From a virus (lineage: Duplodnaviria; Caudoviricetes), in IMG/VR virus record IMGVR_UViG_3300029288_000150, positions 1 through 64,000 of that record: a stretch of 64,000 nucleotides of DNA, one strand, 5' to 3'. The position numbers and the translations under genes are program-made. Below, in pieces: positions 63,003-64,000 of the stretch; the stretch's first letter is position 1, and each line of letters begins with the position of its first letter. The notes below the pieces were generated by a model. The model made no database searches. It was not told where the DNA came from and saw nothing but the letters and a program-made list of their open reading frames with translations.

Positions 63003-64000
63003 ATGGCGCAAAGATCGTTCTTCTGGGATGGGGCCAGTTTGGGGGACGCCGGGGCGCTGACGGTCCACGACGCGGCGGGCATCGGCTACGCCCTGGCCAA
63101 CGTCAATTACGAGTCGCTCCTGGTGGACGTCGCCTTCCGTATGCTCTGGAACGGGGACGGCAACCGGGGGGTGCTGCGCGGCTGGGGCAACGAGCTGGAG
63201 GTGACCGGCGCCGCGACGCCCGTTCAGGTGGACACGGGCGGGGCGGTGGTCTACGGGATGCCCTACGAGAGCCAGGTGGCGGTCAACGTCGCCGTGCCGA
63301 CCCCGGTCAACGACACCCGCCACGACCGGCTGGTGCTCCGCCGGGACTGGACGGCCCAGACGGTGCGGATCACGCGCCTCCCGGGCGCCGAGGGCGGGGG
63401 CCTGCCGGCCCTGACCCAGAGCCCGGCGCCGGCCGGATCGGGGGTGTACGACGTGCCCCTGGCGGCCCTGGAGGTGACGACGGGCGGGGCCATCGCCGTC
63501 ACCGACGAGCGGGAGTTCTGCGCCTACGGCACGTCACCCGGGACCGATTCCTTTGCCGAGGCTAACCTCCAGGACGACTCCATAGACCTGAACGACCGGG
63601 CGACGCGCACCCGGCGCTGGTTCGTGGGGGCCGGGGACATGGCGCCCCTCCTGGCCGCCGCCCAGTTCTTCACCTCGGGCACCACCATCACCGCCACCGG
63701 GACGGCGGGCTGGGGCGGCGGGGGCAACGTCCAGGGCTGGCAACTCACCGGCTCGGCCTACGAGGGAGCCATCGCCACCCTGACCACGCCGCCGCCCGGC
63801 TGGGCCGCGGGCAACGTCCTGAGCTATATCTGGTGGGCGGCCAACAGCAGCCTGACGCCGTCCTTTGCCATCGGTTCGGCCCTCCAGGGCTACAGCCGCC
63901 ATGTGCTCTATACGCATTTCGGAGCGTGGCACCCGCGCTATGCCACCTCGTCCGTCTGGGAGACGGACGCCATCGTGGCCAATACCTGGTATCGGACCCA
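63003..64000 (+). CDS. Minor tail protein, truncated at window edge
   Basis: MAQRSFFWDG..., VQVDTGGAVVYG, RHDRLVLRRDW; open to end. Confidence 0.7.
   Translation, partial: MAQRSFFWDGASLGDAGALTVHDAAGIGYALANVNYESLLVDVAFRMLWNGDGNRGVLRGWGNELEVTGAATPVQVDTGGAVVYGMPYESQVAVNVAVPTPVNDTRHDRLVLRRDWTAQTVRITRLPGAEGGGLPALTQSPAPAGSGVYDVPLAALEVTTGGAIAVTDEREFCAYGTSPGTDSFAEANLQDDSIDLNDRATRTRRWFVGAGDMAPLLAAAQFFTSGTTITATGTAGWGGGGNVQGWQLTGSAYEGAIATLTTPPPGWAAGNVLSYIWWAANSSLTPSFAIGSALQGYSRHVLYTHFGAWHPRYATSSVWETDAIVANTWYRT

Noticed and set aside
1-64000. tRNA, rRNA, tmRNA genes and diversity-generating retroelement
   Set aside because: No cloverleaf with T-loop context, rRNA-like segment or reverse transcriptase seen by eye; a covariance search is still advisable

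Overview
The whole 64 kb window is one GC-rich temperate tailed phage (siphovirus-like); I recognise no host housekeeping genes. A Chloroflexota/Anaerolineae-like host is a weak inference only. Layout: (1) 1-15.5 kb, mostly minus strand: membrane proteins, an FtsK/TraB-like ATPase with gamma domain beside an array of ten 8-bp repeats, ParM/ParR-like partitioning, a replication initiator with internal iterons, HNH, RusA, and a lower-GC nucleic-acid-modification cassette (NDT-like, radical SAM, PAPS-reductase-like, DUF6884-like, DpdA/TGT-like). (2) 15.5-22 kb: a Cro/CI-like switch with a standalone PAS protein, J-domain and SWIM proteins, and a large serine integrase followed by an apparently intact attP. 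(3) 22-64 kb, plus strand: SpoIID-type lysin, holin-like genes, TerS, TerL with a class 3 intein, portal, an 8.3 kb amino-sugar biosynthesis/tailoring operon between portal and the head-morphogenesis gene, a counter-oriented accessory operon plus an IS1202-like element, protease/scaffold, a Cys-rich capsid candidate, a double GT2 glycosyltransferase directly after it, neck, a tail-tube/beta-propeller candidate, tape measure, Dit and a truncated tail gene. Near-consensus sigma70 promoters and a recurring palindromic operator (GTGGACAATTGTCCAC) are readable. Best candidates for new biology: a self-contained virion glycosylation system, a TraB/clt-like DNA transfer module in a phage, and a deazapurine-like DNA modification cassette lacking the canonical que genes. 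All family assignments are by eye from motifs; no database search was run.
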